A DNA stretch of 64,000 nucleotides from Entomortierella parvispora E1425 (lineage: Eukaryota > Fungi > Mortierellomycota). The notes under the pieces are model-generated. The model saw only the letters and a list, made by a program, of their open reading frames with translations, was not told the origin of the DNA and ran no database searches. The stretch is taken from assembly GCA_020891255.1 (NCBI GenBank), contig BQFW01000009.1, positions 1,736,001 to 1,800,000 on the forward strand, written 5' to 3'. Position numbers and translations under genes: made by a program. How positions within the stretch are numbered: the first letter of the stretch is position 1; each line of letters opens with the position of its first letter. Shown one piece after another: positions 46,601 to 58,288 of the stretch.

Positions 46601-48775
46601 GACAAGACCAGGGTCTTGGTCACCCACGCTATTCATCATTTGGAACAGGCGGATCAAATTGTGGTCATCAAGGATGGCAAGATTCGTGAAACTGGCCAAT
46701 ACGACGAGCTCATGAAGGCACGCGACTCCTTCTACCAGCTGATTACCGATTACTCTGTCAACCAGGGCAAGAAGAAAAACAAGGCTGCCGATGGCGAGGA
46801 AAGCTCTAACGAACACGATGACGAGTCTACTCAGGATGGCGACGACAAGGAAACCAAGGCCGAAATCAAGAAGGATGATAAGGCGGAGCTGATTGCGGAG
46901 GAAAAGATGGTCATGGGCAGTGTCTCCTGGGGAGTCTACAACATCTACGCCAAGGCTGCTTCGTACAAGTACTCCATGGTCGTCGTCACCATGTTTGTTC
47001 TCGGACAGGCTTGTCAGATTGGAACCAACGTCTGGCTGAAGTACTGGGTTCAGGCTGCTTCTGACCCGGTAACTGGCAACAAGCACTCCATTGGCGAGTT
47101 CTTGGGTGTCTACGCTGCCTTGATTGTCTCGTACATGATCATGAATGTCGTTTCCAGTTATATGGCTATGGTCATGGCTGCCATCCGTGCCTCGACTCGT
47201 CTCCACGAACGTCTTTTGACAAAGATGTTGCGTCTGCCCATGTCTTTCTTCGATACCACCCCCTTGGGACGCATTGTGAACCGCTTCTCGAGCGATATCT
47301 TCAGTATCGATGAGTTGACACCCTGGAACTTTATCAACGTCTTCATCTGCGGTACCTCTGTTCTCGGAACAATTGTCGTCATTGCCACCACCACCCCCGT
47401 CTTTTTGGCTGTGGTCCCTCCTCTGGTCGTGATCTACGTGATCGTCCAGGCCTACTACATTCGCTCTTCCCGTGCCCTCAAGCGTATCGATTCCGTTTCA
47501 AAGTCGCCCATTTACCAGCATTTCAGCGAGACCTTGGCCGGTGTCACTACTATCCGTGCTTTGGACGCCAACGATCGCTTTATTGCTGATAACGCCGCCA
47601 AGGCTGATGTGGCTGCCAATGCTTACTTTTCCTGGGTCGTTTCCAACCGTTGGTTGCAGATCCGTCTCGAATCTCTTGGTGCCATTGTTGTCTTGGCCGC
47701 TGCTTTGTTTGCCGTCTTCAGTCGTAACTCGCTTAATGGAGGTCAGGTCGGTCTCGCCCTTTCTTACGCCCTGAGTGTCACCCAGGATATCACCTGGTTG
47801 GTTCGTTCCTACTGTGATCTTCAGAACCAGTTGGTCGCTGTGGAGCGTGTAGACGAGTACGCAAACAAGAACCCCGAGGCTCCCACAGAGACTGATGCCA
47901 AGCTGCCCGAGAACTGGCCTCAGGAGGGACGTGTAGAGTTTAGAAATTACTCAACCCGCTACCGCGAGGGGCTAGATCTTGTCATCAAGAACATTTCCTT
48001 TGAGGTTCAACCTGCCGAGAAGGTTGGTATCGTCGGTAGAACCGGTGCCGGAAAGTCCTCGCTGACTCTGGCCCTCTTCCGTATCGTCGAAGCTGCCAAC
48101 TCGCACTGGGCCAAGGCCAGTCACAACGGCGTGGATCAGGACGCTGACCCTTCGAAGGAAGATGTGACAAAGGATCTGGAGAAGGTCGAAATTGAGGAAG
48201 ATGGTGGATCGATCTGGATTGATGGCATTGATATCTCGACGGTCGGTTTGAGATACTTGCGCCAGCACTTGGCCATCATCCCTCAGGATCCTACCTTGTT
48301 TGTTGGAACTGTCCGCGAGAACTTGGATCCTTTCAACGAATTGCAGGATGCCGATCTCTGGGAAGCTTTGGAGCGTGCTCATTTGAAGGAACACATCTCC
48401 TCTCTCGCTGGAGGTTTGTCTTTCAAGGTGTCTCAGAACGGAGACAATTTTTCGGTCGGTCAACGGTCCCTGATCTGTTTGGCCCGTGCTCTTTTGAGAA
48501 AGACAAAGATCTTGATCTTGGATGAGGCTACTGCCGCCGTAGATGTCGAGACGGACGAGTTGATTCAAAAGACGATCCGTAAAGAGTTCAAGGACCGCAC
48601 CATCTTGACCATTGCCCATCGTATCAAGACCGTCATGGACTCTGACAAGATCTTGGTCCTTGAGAAGGGTCGCGTCGAAGAATTCGAGGCGCCTCAGGTC
48701 CTGTTGCAGCGCCCTGGTTCGCTTTTCCACAGCCTTGCTCAGCAGGCCGGTGAGATCAAGGATCTGACCGAGTAG
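43648..48775 (+). CDS. ABCC/MRP (YCF1-like, long form with TMD0) ABC exporter, paralog 1, 1545 aa; exons 43648-43686, 43822-44106, 44249-45158, 45282-46199, 46290-48775
   Basis: NBD1 has VGRVGQGKTSLL, LSGGQKQRVSLARA and LFDDPLSAVD. NBD2 has GRTGAGKSSL, FSVGQRSLICLARA and ILDEATAAVD. The TMD0 start is MGVDSFCNNPEGW|GP. Total 4638 nt. Confidence 0.95.
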
Positions 48776-48989
48776 AAAAAGGATTGGGAAAAAAAAAGGT
48801 GGACTTCATCTTTTTTTCTTTTCTTTTCTTGATGTAACACTATTCTATTTTTGCATAGATCAGGTACCTCCATGGTCCTTTTCGCTACCTACCCTAATAT
48901 TATCATCTATTTCGTTTGTCGACGACTCATATTATTAAACAGTTACTTCCCATATTCTACCTCTCTCAAAATGTTGAAGACGATGACCA

Positions 48990-49600
48990 TGCCCATCCTT
49001 CTTGTACTCCTGTAATAGTTGGCCCATTCGATTCGTCCTGGCTTTGCAGACCTTGTTGCAAGTGAGTGTTTTCTATCTTATTGCGAGATCTCTGATACAA
49101 GGCATCTCCTCTTCTAGTTTGCCCTATCTTCCTGTCTACCCAGGCAACCTCTTCGTCTCTGGCCTTGTCCAGATCATTTCAATAGGCCTCTCCTCTTTTG
49201 ACCATTCCGATCCAGAAAGAATCTACGAATATATGTGAAGCATATGATGTTAGATATCTGGGAAACAAAGGCGAACCACCTTTTTCATTACTCGTACCTG
49301 TTGATGAAAAGGAATGCCAGCACCATCAACTGGGCTTGATACCCATAGGGCAACAACACTTTTCGATCTGGTGCAAGTATCAGGCGATCTACCGTATATC
49401 TCTGGGTGGGACGGCCAGGCATGCCATTTTTCAGAACATTCACGGGATGGTTGAGTTGTCAGTTCAGCTCTTTCTCCTGTTGGCGATGATACTTAATACA
49501 ATTAGCTCATTACCTCAATTATGGTGGCGTGCCTCTTCAAGAAAGTCGGCTTCGGTCCATCAGGAACTGATTGAGTGTACCGCTCGATAAGTGGCTATGG
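48990..49600 (-). pseudogene. Possible degenerate spliced gene relic
   Basis: Protein-like text interrupted by stops (EKELN*QLNHPVNVLKNGMPGRPTQRYTVDRLILAPDRKVLLPYGYQAQLMVLAFLFINR|FFLDRNGQKRRGLLK*), with a plausible phase-compatible GTACGA...TTCGTAG intron. No family recognised. Confidence 0.3.
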
Positions 49601-50421
49601 TGCGCTCCTCCATGCGATCGCGGTCCTGGACTCTGCCCTGTGGAGGGGACGAGTCCATATCAGCTTTTGCAAGATTGCAAGCTCCAAAAACCTGTCGGGT
49701 GTGGCGCTACAATATGAAGTGAAGAGTGAAGGACCCCTCCCGGTTCCCTCATAACTAGCTTCTCTGGATCCTTGTACGCCGTAAAGCTTGCTTCTACGTT
49801 GTACTGAAAGACCGTTCGGTGTCTGCTAGTTTCGCCAAGCCAACGTGGGTGCGCTTTTTGCAATCTGGTATTTTTCAAAGGAAATGTGCGAGCTGCAAGA
49901 CAGCATTCGAATAGTGGCAGAGTGTTGGCTTAGTGCAATCAATATAAAGCAAGGGTCTACGAGTGACAGTGTTGTTCTCCTGTAGCTATTTGGATATATT
50001 AGTGGGGTATCCTAGTCCAGCGGTCCATTGGTTGAGATGAAGGGATTCAAACAAGAGGGCAAGAAGCGAAAGGGACCCCCATCGAATGCAAAACATGTGA
50101 CACCATGACTGATTTGAGGGCCAGAAAAAAAAAAAAAAAAAAAAAGGCACGTCGCTGCGTTCTTGCAAAGAGGCAGCTACTTCAGGTGAACTGGGCTCCA
50201 GGAGCGTAACAAGCCCAATAAATATTTCCTGGTATGCAAAGTGGACGGGCAGGTCTACCAAGTACTTTGTTGACGCTCCAACTGCCAGAAGAGAGTATCG
50301 TCCGCAGAAAAAACTTAGTGTCATTATAATCATGGGATTTTTTGTTTTATTGCTTTCAACGGAAGAGTGGTGGTATATGAATAACAGATCTCTCGACAGC
50401 ATTCCAGACTCTCGTGTAAAG

Positions 50422-53400
50422 TTACATCGTTGGCATCGACTGCTGTCTCTGCATCTTTTCCTGCTTCCTCTGTTCCTTCAGCTTGAGCTTCTTCTCCTGT
50501 TCAGCTTTGTGGGCCTTGGCCCAGGCCAAAGAACGTTCGATTCTGGAATCGTACTGTTGAGGGAAGTGATGCCAGAGCCAATTGGTCCGGAGAGGGATGG
50601 CCATGAAATGTTCCTTGTCCGAGAACTCGATCCGGATCTCCTTCTTTTTAGATCCATGTTTACGGGGCTTGGTCGTCGTGTACACCTTCTTGTCCATCTC
50701 GTCTTCCGTATCATCATCATCCTCCTCCTCCTCTTCGTCAGCAGCGTGCTCTAGAGTTTGTCCGTCCTCGGACAGCGATGAAGTCGACTGGCTCTTGCGT
50801 GTCGATCCATTGTCAGAACTATCTCGACCGTGATCCAAGATCTGTTGCGTGGTCAAGTCACGAGCATTGGAGGGGGCGTCATAGATAATGGGTTCGCCCA
50901 AATTGGTCTCCGCCGTAGGTGACGCCAAGGGAGAATCAACAAAGTCGTTCTGGCTTGTCTTCAGCTCCTTGCAATCGTTCAACACCAGACTGGTGGTACT
51001 GCTCAAACGGACCGCAGGCTGGTTTGGGTTATAAGGAGTCACCTTGGGTGTCTTTCCAGAGGGGGTCTCGCGTGCAAGAATCGGGGCCGTGTTGTGGCGA
51101 TGGGGAGATGACTTTTCTCCGTGGTTCTTGATCGTCAAGGCTGAAGTGATAGCCGTGAGGGAGCGAGTCAGAGGATTCTGACTGGCAGTTGAGCTCGTGC
51201 TCATACCACGCGCACGTCCATTGGAGGCCTTGCTTCCGTGACGTTGGGATCCATTGGAGTTCTCAGACCATGTATCTGGCAGTCCGAATTTGCTGTCCCT
51301 TCCATTTTTGTTGTTCTTGACCACCGGTGTATCCTCGTAGACCTTGTGAATATAAGTCACCGTCCCTCCTGTCACCAATCTGGGGATATCGTTGACGGCC
51401 CTGAGACTCTCCTGAGCCTTTGCGAGGACCTTCAAGATCTTGTCCAGCTTTTCCTTGGGCTTCATACCATCATAGATCGGGTTCAAAGATTCCAGAGCTC
51501 CAATCTTGATCAACTCCTTGAGATCCAAGGCGTTTCCATAACTCAAACGACAGACGATATCGTTCTCGTTAATAAACGCAATCTGAGTTCTCTCCCACTG
51601 GGCCGCCAGATTTGGAGTGCAGATTGGTGGAGGCGCAAACAAATAGGCCTTGACCTCCAACTTCTGAGCTGGCTCGGTTGGAGTCGCTCCAGGGACCATG
51701 AAATCCTCGAAATGATCCTGAAGAAGAGAGCAGAGGAGGGATGCAGAACCGGCGCCAAGAGAATGACCAATGCAGTAGATGGTCTTGAGGTTGAACTTTT
51801 TCAAGGCAGCCTCAATATCCTTGCCACTACGCTCGAGGACAAACCGAGCGTTATCCATGATGCCTTTGTGAACTAGCCCTCCTTTGTAAGGGTAATACTC
51901 GCAAACGAGATCAGTCATCGCGTCCGTGATGCTCTATATGTGGACAATGACCATTAGTCTGCGATTTCAAGGCACAGTTGCACTTGAGACAGTGGGGAAA
52001 AAGCCAGAAAAAGAAGAAAGAAAAAAAAAGAAAAAAACTTACAAAGGTTCCGCGGATGATGATACACAGGGCATTGTACTTGGGGTCGCGCACAATATAG
52101 TAACTGGGTACCAATGCCGTGCGTTTGTCGAAATGCCAGACAATCATGTCCTCCTTCTTCAACTTGAAATAGTCCATCACGTTCTTGCGATCAGAGTTGA
52201 ATCGGATAAAATCTGTTGGAAAGGGTGGACAAAGTAGTTGTGTTAGGACTGCAGAGTAGTGTGTCATTAACCCAACCCGACATTAAAACTTACTGAGAGG
52301 TGCGACCTTGAAGCTGTAACCAAAGTAGACCCAGGGCAATGAACCATAGGATGCAATGGCCAGACGGACAAAGTGACGAGCATGCTCCAAAATCTCGATA
52401 TTATCGAATGCATGGTTCGTAGTAGGACTATTGAGAAATAATCATAAAAAGGTGGTCAGGAACTCGTTGCTTGACATTAAACATCCAAGATAACAAGGGT
52501 GAAAGCACATACGTTGGGTTGCGAGCATAGAACTGCTCTACAATATTGAATCCACGCCAGAATTCAGCCCGACTCAAGTTCCATCCATGCCCAAAGAAAG
52601 AACTATACATCAACTTGATGTCCTGGAAGGCCGAGCGAGTCTGCTCAGAGAAAAAGTTGAACTTTTTCTTTCCCTTTTGGTTCTTTTCCTCCTGCGACTT
52701 GTTCAAATACTGGTCCTTCTTGACCTGATCGCCGTTGGCCATAATGTTGGCCATGAGTTCTTCCTCGCGATCTCGGTCAGCCTGTGTCAGATGCTCGCCT
52801 TTGACGTGATCATTTTGAGAATTTGAAGCATTGTCGTCTTCAAAATCGCCTTCGTCGCCATCCACAAAGCCGTTGCAGTGGAGATCGGACTCCTCCCAAG
52901 ATGAAATCACACCCTGAGGGAGGCTGTTGTTGTCGGATAACCATTGCATAGCGGCACCTGGTGATGTCGGTGATCCAGGGGAGTGGGGCATTGTTGGCGA
53001 CAATGGGGGAGACAGGGGTCCACTAATGCCATTGCCATAATGCAAAGACAAGTTGGGAGGGGACGAAGGCATCTGAAGAATCCGTCCAGGATGCGACTCT
53101 GAGGATACCGACATCCCACGGGGCGAAGAGAAGGACTGTATCGATGACGACCTTTCAGGAGAGTTGACAATGGGCGTGCCGTTCATATCTCCCAGTGTGG
53201 AAGAATCGGTCGATACTGTTGATCCAATGGAAGCATTCGAGTGCGATCGTGAAGCTCGGCGCTGGACACCATTGGCGGATGTGGTACCATTGCGACTTAG
53301 TCCCGTTCCCAAGTGAGCAAAGAGTGGGTTCTGGGTTTGATCCTTGAAATGAAGGGTGGCCTCGACAGTAACCATACCCACCTCAAGGCCATTCATGGCA

Positions 53401-54696
53401 ACCTGAGCAAAGGAATCTGCGCGAACAAGACGGCGCCGTTGCTGGATAGTCTGATCGCGACCTTGATCCGAACCCTTGGTGACAGTAACTTCCTCGATCT
53501 CTCCTGGTTGACTCGATCCAAACTTGGAGTAAGATCCATGCTTATACAATGGCAAGTCGATCTCAAAGGTGTCATCATGCTTCTTACAGAAAGCTGCGGC
53601 ATCAAACCGGGTCGAAAGAACAGACTGCTCGGGTTCGGTGTTGTCATCGCCGTCGTTGTCGTACTTGTTTCCGACCTTTTTCTGGAGATCCCGGAGAGGA
53701 AGGTAGGATCGCCCGATCTTGGCGTTCTGTCCAAAGCTCTTGAAATCAAACAGATCGATCTTGACAATGTCAAAGGTCATGTTGTGGACAGTGGTGGTAA
53801 AGTCAAAGACGCTGTGGGTATGATCACCAAGGTTTTTCCCAGGCTTGGTGCTCTGGGAGATATTTTGCAACTTGAACCGAACCTGGGTCTTGTCGTGGAG
53901 ACCATTGCAGGAAAGGCTGCGCACACGGAATGAAATATATTCTAAAAGAGAACAGACGCCAGCTGTCAGAGAGGAGCGGGGCAAATTACGAGGGCCAATA
54001 TTCAACGATTATAAACTTACCAGGCACGACTGAAGCAAGAAACGATACAAAGGAATGGTATAAACAAAGAACGGGGGTTGTTAGGGACGAGCTGTAGTCG
54101 CGTTGTTTCTGGATTCACTCCGCTGCGCAAACTCGCAAACTTACGCTCAAGGCAGAGGCCAATGCTTGCTGCTTGGCTCATGAAGGAGGAGGCGCTTTCA
54201 GAGCGAGTGGGTGCACTGTGACCTACAACAATAACAAGCATGAATACAAGTTAGATGAGGCGCTCTTCACCATTACAAGTTTGTTGTCGACTGCACATGG
54301 TCCTCGGCTGGCAAGTTGCGCGAGAGACGGCCAGGAAGCGCCAGTTCACTTTGTTTGCGCCGCTTGGTGCGACCAATGACAGAAAGAGGTGGTTGGATCT
54401 CCTCTGAATGAACTAAAGAAGGGCGCACAAAAGGCGACAGCACGACAGCACGACAGCTTTGTGTGATGTGGAAGGCTTTCTTTTCTCTTTTGCCCTGCCT
54501 GTGACCACCACGAGCCGAAGGCTGCTCCAAGGGCACCCCCGTCATACAGTCATACAGGGATGACAACACACATGAAAAAAACAACCTTACCATTAGCTTT
54601 GGTGGGAGCAGATCCTGCTCCTGCAGTCTTGGCAGACGCGGCCATGGTAGTGTTTTCGGGCACGGCGGAGAGAGGGGCAGGTGCGGAGGTGGTCAT
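50422..54696 (-). CDS. C2 domain plus lipase class 3 (DAG-lipase-like) protein, 1142 aa; exons 54696-54591, 54222-54145, 53941-52513, 52427-52294, 52212-52043, 51933-50422
   Basis: C2-like region YISFRVRSL...QVRFKL...QSTK...FDF...VKIDLFD...KIGRSYLPLRDL. Lipase_3 motifs CIIIRGTF|SITDAMTDL, VHKG, IGHSLGAG, NENDIVCRL and a candidate catalytic His in WHHFP. All introns GT-AG with matching phases. Total 3429 nt. Confidence 0.88.
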
Positions 54697-57600
54697 TGCG
54701 GGAAGAGTCCAGAAATCAAATAAAAATTAAAAAAAAGGGTATCGTTTCTCGGTAGAGACAGAGAGTTGAGAAAGCAAGAAAGGTGGAAGGAGGGGGTATA
54801 GCGATGATGGCTCCTTGAAAGGGGGTTTGTTGTCAGACAAAAAGAAGAAAAGGGCAATGAATGAACGAAGGAATGAATGAAGAAGAGAGAATGAAATGAC
54901 CGAATGGACAAAACTGTGGAGAAAAGAATAGCCCGGGTAAAACGGAGCCGAGGTGACTGAGACTCCACTGGAGGGACGCGCTTGGAGAGAGTTGAGGGGA
55001 CGATTGCAGCGACACGCAGCGGGGAGACGAGAGAGAGGAGAGAGAGAGAAAGAAAGAGAGGAGAGAGGAGAGGGTGACGAAGCGAATGAAGAGGAATGAA
55101 GGGGAATGAATGAGCAAAGAGAGGAGAGGAGAGGAGAGGAAAGAAGATCTGACAATGGCCCACCATACCTCTGCAGCGCCTTCTTTTTATACCTCGCCTG
55201 CACTGAGCAGACAAGAGCACGCGGGCGCGGGAAGTGGAAAGGGGAGACCGTTGACCGTGTGCATGCTTGCTTGCTTGCTTGATGGCTTGCTTCCCGATTG
55301 CTTGCTTCCTTGATGGCTGCCCACCTGTCCACTGTGCTGGCACATGAAAAAAGCCTGCTCTTGGTCGATGGATGTGGAGATGGAAAGGGAGCCAATTGCT
55401 CTCAAAGCGTCCTGTTCTTTGACGAGTGGAGTAGAAAGAGAGCGGTCTGTCCTTCGGAGGGGGGAGCTGCTGGTCAGTGCTGTTGTTGCCGTTGCTGTTC
55501 CTGTTCCTGTTCCTGTTCCTGTTGATGTCCTCACGCAGCTCTCTCATCCTCGCCCCTGTTCTTGATCCCCTACGATTTGACCCATCATGTCCCTGCAAAG
55601 AATGGCTTACTCAAGTCGCCCCCTTCTGCCCTGACGAGATGTCGTTCCATTGTTATTTTTGATTTTTGTTGTCCCTCATGACAATGGGCCTAATGCAAGA
55701 ATAATGAGCACTGTGCCCTGGTCGCACAATGGGGCAAATTACACGCAAGACGCAACGGACTTTCATCCAACAGCGTCTTCTCTGTCAACATGTTTGTCGG
55801 TGTTGCAGAAGGACAGTCGGCCCATCATCCTCCACATTCAACCGCAAAGTTGATTGGTTTGTTGATCTAACCCTCCGCCAGATAAGGGCGGTGCCCAGCC
55901 CACCTTTTGCTCCCAACCTAACTGCCCCGCCCCTCCACAGATGCACCTCTCGGTCCTTCATGTGCAAAGACGTCCTCAGGATCGGCGCTTCCCCATTTCC
56001 ATGGAGACGTCGTCAATGGCCATTGGACATGTCCTTCATGACATGACTATTCCTCAATTCCTCATCCTGGCTTATCTTTCGGTGGCTGGCTGTTGATGTC
56101 ATCCCGATGACCATTATTAACCGTACCAGCACTGCCAATGATATGACAACCCGTCTCTCTGTCACTGGCGGCTTTAGATCTGCGTCTGCATTAGACTGAC
56201 GAAGAGTCCTTTCCGACTGTGCATGCAGCGTGTGGAGGGAATGAAACAAAAAGCTTGACATGTGGAGAGGTGAGTCGCCCGTTTCTGAGCTTGCCCCCAA
56301 AATGGCGCCTTGCATACTTCATCCCACATGGAAGTCGTAGAAAACCTGGGGCGGAAAAAATGGGAATGGGACTCTCTCCCCAGTGGAGAAAAAAAAAGAT
56401 AAGAGGACGCGAGAGAGCTCCTCTACTGCAGCAAGGGTACGTGCCTCATTTTTTTCTCTCGACACACATGCCCAGGCACAGCTGGAGTACAATACAATGA
56501 GAGCAAGTACAACTGGAGAGACAAACCAACCTTGCGCCCTCATTTTGGCCATGGTGTCCTCCAGCGTGCCTCGTGAAGTACCCTTTAAGAATGGAATGTT
56601 GCTTTTGCCTCAAATGCCCATTCCTTGACCTTTTCCTTTCAGTAGTTAGGACGAAAGGTGGGATCTCTTTACTACTATAGACACGCGAATCGAGGTTCTA
56701 ATTTTCAGGGCGAATATGAACGATTGCTCCTTGTCCCCCCCCCCCCAGTCCAGTTTGGAATCCCACAGCTACCAAAGTTTTGGATAGATCCCACAAGAAA
56801 ACGAATACATCCCCATGAACAGGCGAGACTCTATTTGGAGCAAGCGAGTCCCACATATGAAACAGCTGCAACTATTCTCCAAACAGATTCATCTCTCTAG
56901 TTTGTGGAAGTGGTCTGTTCTCTGGCGTAGATCCGTCAGATCCACCAGATTCAAGGAGACAACTCGATTGCTCTCGGCTTCTCAAAAGGTCCGTGTCCTT
57001 GGCCTCCTGACACGGTCTCACTTTCATGACAGTATACGTCTACAGTGCTTGGGTGCACGTCAGCTCTATTTCCGAGATCGGCTGTTCTCTGTTGCACGAC
57101 GAATTGTTGACGTGTCCCTGCACTCTTCGATTCGCACCCAAAAAACCATTATTTGTTTGTCTGTTCTGCCGTCCATCATCACTGACTGCGCTTTCAGTTC
57201 TTCTCCTTGGGTCGCTCTCTTGTGACGCGAAAAGAGCAGATTTATCTGTGCCCCCACGTCCCGCGTGTAACCACGGCAGGACTGCTTTCGGCATGAACCT
57301 ACAACACCCAGGGTGGCGAGAACTCCGTTGCTCGGTAACCATTATCCAAGACCATGCACCATTCGAATTGCAGCTACATCGAACTATGTCATCTGTAAAC
57401 TGCAGGACGCCAATGCGCCACTATACTGCCCTGCCTCAGACAGTGGCGATAGAAACTGATGCCAAGGGCACCCCCCCCCCGGCCCCGGATGCTGTAAACG
57501 CAACTGCCAACTCCTGTTGACAACGATCAAGCCCCTGAAGCTTTGAAGCTTGAGACTTTACAAGAGTCAAGTGCGTTGGCCAAGCGTTTGTTTGTTAGTG

Positions 57601-58288
57601 TGGTTCTCCCTACTTCCAGAGTGGTGCGCTTGCAAATAAAATCTTGCCCATTCCTTCCTCTGACAGACTTATCTCAACGTTTGATCGATCTCTGTAGTAG
57701 TAGCCCCACTCACCCACCACCAATACCATGGCAATACAATCGTGTTCTAGCACAAGTCGACCCAGACACCCTGGCGGAGAGATCAAAGGACAAGGACGCG
57801 CGAGTGCACATCCCGATAATTGTCCAGTTGGACATTCATTTGCCGCAGGGGATAAATTAAGAGTCAAGGTCCAGAAACAGGTTCCGCAGAGAGCGCACAA
57901 GCAACCCAAATATGGTCGAGAGGAGTGGTCCGATCGCTCTCGGTCCTTTTGTCAACTCAACCTTGTTGGTCTTTCCCCTGGCCCAATTGCGCGTCCTTTT
58001 TGTTTGCCTTCGTTCCAGTCCTTTCTGTTTTTTTTGTCCGGGAAAACAATCTTGAAGGACAAGGTAGGGAGGGTAAGTGCAAAGGGGGGCTTGGGCTTTA
58101 CGACTGGACGCACAACGCTATTGCTCCCAACCCGTTAAAAAGATGGCTGGCTGTAACTCATTTTCTCTCTTTCTGCTTTTTATTTCCTTTTCTGCAATCC
58201 TTCCTTTCCTTTTCTTTTTCCATTGTTCCTTCCTTTCATCACAACCCCTGTCCATCATTCTACACCCGTCTCCCTGCATCACTTCCAC

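Noticed and set aside
47972-48730. Antisense ORFs over the ABCC genes (also 60492-61385, 63553-63936) that resemble each other
   Set aside because: They are shadow ORFs of codon-biased sense genes, and their similarity simply mirrors the paralogy.
49150-49480. TGA-as-Trp or selenocysteine recoding
   Set aside because: Intact genes in this window use TGA as a stop (e.g. the NAD kinase), and the relic has further frame breaks, so pseudogenisation is simpler.
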